A stretch of DNA of 64,000 nucleotides. It comes from Micrococcales bacterium. Lineage in GTDB: Bacteria > Actinomycetota > Actinomycetes > S36-B12 > GCA-2699445. The DNA is taken from contig PAAU01000041.1 of assembly GCA_002699445.1 (NCBI GenBank), forward strand, positions 9,570-73,569, given 5' to 3'. Shown in pieces: positions 62,372 through 64,000 of the stretch. The notes beneath the pieces were generated by a model. It saw only the letters and a list, made by a program, of their open reading frames with translations, did no database searches and had not been told where the DNA came from. Position 1 is the stretch's first letter, and every line of letters begins with the position of its first letter. The translations under genes and the position numbers were made by a program.

Positions 62372-64000
62372 ATGACCGAGACTACCTCCGACGCCCAGAT
62401 CGCTATGCCCGATCGCCCCACGCTTGAGGGGTTGGAGGGAAAATGGTCTGAGACGTGGGAGCAAGATAATCTCTACCGATTCGATCGCGGACGAGATCGC
62501 TCACAGATCTACAGCATCGACACTCCGCCACCCACAGTGAGCGGCTCTCTGCATGTGGGCCATGTGTTCTCCTACACCCACACTGACTGCATTGCGCGCT
62601 ACCAGCGCATGCGTGGAAAATCTGTTTTCTACCCGATGGGATGGGACGATAACGGTCTACCGACGGAACGCCGGGTCCAGAACTACTTTGGTGTGCGATG
62701 CGACCCAAGCTTGCCTTATGACGCGGACTTCACCCCACCGGAAAAGCCCGATCCCAAGCGTCAAATCCCGATCAGTCGCCGTAACTTTGTCCATCTGTGT
62801 GAGCAACTCACTGAAGAGGACGAGCAGGAATTTGAAGCACTGTGGCGCCACCTGGGGATAAGTGTCGACTGGAATCAGACTTATCAGACGATCGATCGGA
62901 ATGCTCGACTCACTTCCCAGCTGGCCTTCCTGAACAACTTGGAGCGCGGGGAGGCTTACCAAAGTGAAGCCCCAACTCTATGGGACGTAACCTTTCGGAC
63001 AGCGGTCGCTCAGGCCGAGCTCGAGGATCGGGAACGGCCGGGTGCCTACCATCGGATTTCCTTTCATCAGCCAGATGGTGATCCCATCTATATTGAGACC
63101 ACTCGTCCCGAACTGTTGCCAGCGTGCGTAGCTTTGGTAGCTCACCCAGATGATGAGCGCTACCAACCGCTCTTTGGCCAGACGGTCGTTACGCCAGTCT
63201 TCGGCGTTGAAGTTCCGGTAGTAGCGCATCCGTTGGCAGATCCGGAAAAGGGTTCCGGAATCGCCATGATCTGTACTTTCGGTGATCTCACCGATGTGAT
63301 CTGGTGGCGTGAACTAGACCTTGCCACTCGCCCAATCCTGGGCTGGGATGGTCGGGTTGCCCGAGATATCCCAGGATGGATCACATCCGAGTCAGGTAGG
63401 ACCGCCTACGAATCCTTGGCTGGTGCGACGGTCTTCACAGCTCAGAAACGTATGGTGGAGTTGCTGCGCGATGCCGGTGAATTGAGTGGCGAGCCGCGCA
63501 GCATTTCGCATCCCGTCAAATTCTTTGAAAAGGGTGAAAAGCCGCTAGAAATCGTGACTACTCGTCAGTGGTACCTGCGCAACGGCGGCCGTGACGAGAA
63601 GCTTCGCGATCAGCTGATCCAGCGCGGGCACGAGCTACGCTGGCACCCGGAAAATATGAAGGTCCGATACGAAAACTGGGTATCGGGTCTGAATGGTGAT
63701 TGGCTGGTATCTCGGCAGCGCTTCTTTGGGGTTCCAATTCCGGTCTGGTACCGCCTCGATGACAGTGGTGAGCCCGAGTACGAAACACCGCTGAAGCCCG
63801 AGCAGAGTCGACTACCTATCGATCCCTCATCCGATTGCCCTGACGGCTATACCGAAGCCCAACGCGGTCAACCGGGGGGCTTCATCGGTGATCCGGATGT
63901 CATGGACACCTGGGCTACATCATCACTCACACCGCAAATTGCGGGTGGCTGGGCCACTGACCCCGATCTGTGGCAACGCGTTTCCCCAATGGACATGCGG
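62372..64000 (+). CDS. valS: valine--tRNA ligase, 5' part; continues beyond the window end
   Basis: ATG 62372 gives MTETTSDAQIAMPDRPTLEGLEGKWSETWEQDNLYRF...IDTPPPTVSGSLHVGHVFSYTHTDCIARYQRMRGKSVFYPMGWDDNGLPTE. This is a class-I HIGH region of the actinobacterial-type ValS. The frame stays open to 64000. Divergent valS/folC synteny supports the call. Confidence 0.8.
   Translation, partial: MTETTSDAQIAMPDRPTLEGLEGKWSETWEQDNLYRFDRGRDRSQIYSIDTPPPTVSGSLHVGHVFSYTHTDCIARYQRMRGKSVFYPMGWDDNGLPTERRVQNYFGVRCDPSLPYDADFTPPEKPDPKRQIPISRRNFVHLCEQLTEEDEQEFEALWRHLGISVDWNQTYQTIDRNARLTSQLAFLNNLERGEAYQSEAPTLWDVTFRTAVAQAELEDRERPGAYHRISFHQPDGDPIYIETTRPELLPACVALVAHPDDERYQPLFGQTVVTPVFGVEVPVVAHPLADPEKGSGIAMICTFGDLTDVIWWRELDLATRPILGWDGRVARDIPGWITSESGRTAYESLAGATVFTAQKRMVELLRDAGELSGEPRSISHPVKFFEKGEKPLEIVTTRQWYLRNGGRDEKLRDQLIQRGHELRWHPENMKVRYENWVSGLNGDWLVSRQRFFGVPIPVWYRLDDSGEPEYETPLKPEQSRLPIDPSSDCPDGYTEAQRGQPGGFIGDPDVMDTWATSSLTPQIAGGWATDPDLWQRVSPMDMR

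Overview
This 64-kb window is a stretch of a moderately high-GC actinobacterial chromosome. It looks like conserved core genome. Read right to left on the minus strand, the gene order is valS / folC-DUF4233-ndk / mreBCD-pbp2-rodA / radical-SAM pair-rne / rplU-rpmA-obg-proB-proA-nadD-rsfS / tRNA-Ala / leuS / degV-plsY / comEA-comEC-holA / rpsT / lepA / hemW / hrcA-dnaJ-rsmE / phoH-ybeY-corC-era-recO-uppS / sbcDC / glgP. From memory this resembles the order in Streptomyces-like Actinomycetia. I call about 60 protein genes. Nearly all are on the minus strand, and many are joined by ATGA, GTGA or TGATG stop-start overlaps. There is one tRNA-Ala(GGC). I see no rRNA, CRISPR array, transposase, integrase or phage genes, and no clear-cut defence island or mobile element. 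Several parts are not ordinary housekeeping. (1) An exported lipoprotein is built from two Cys-capped pentapeptide-repeat modules, and a secreted 7-bladed Kelch-Fn3 protein carries a poly-lysine insert. These two genes flank an otherwise canonical sbcDC pair. (2) A tightly coupled three-gene operon encodes a polytopic membrane protein with a degenerate GGDEF domain that keeps its RxxD I-site, an SGNH hydrolase, and a YhhN lysoplasmalogenase-like protein. (3) An uncharacterised radical-SAM plus radical-SAM-linked protein pair sits directly upstream of rne. (4) A 10 x 18-bp tandem repeat inside rne encodes GG(K/E)G(K/R)S. (5) Several orphan small or membrane ORFs and structured non-coding elements are present, including an exact 18-nt motif shared by the sbcD and degV upstream regions. 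All family assignments rest on motifs read from the translations plus synteny. No database search was run.
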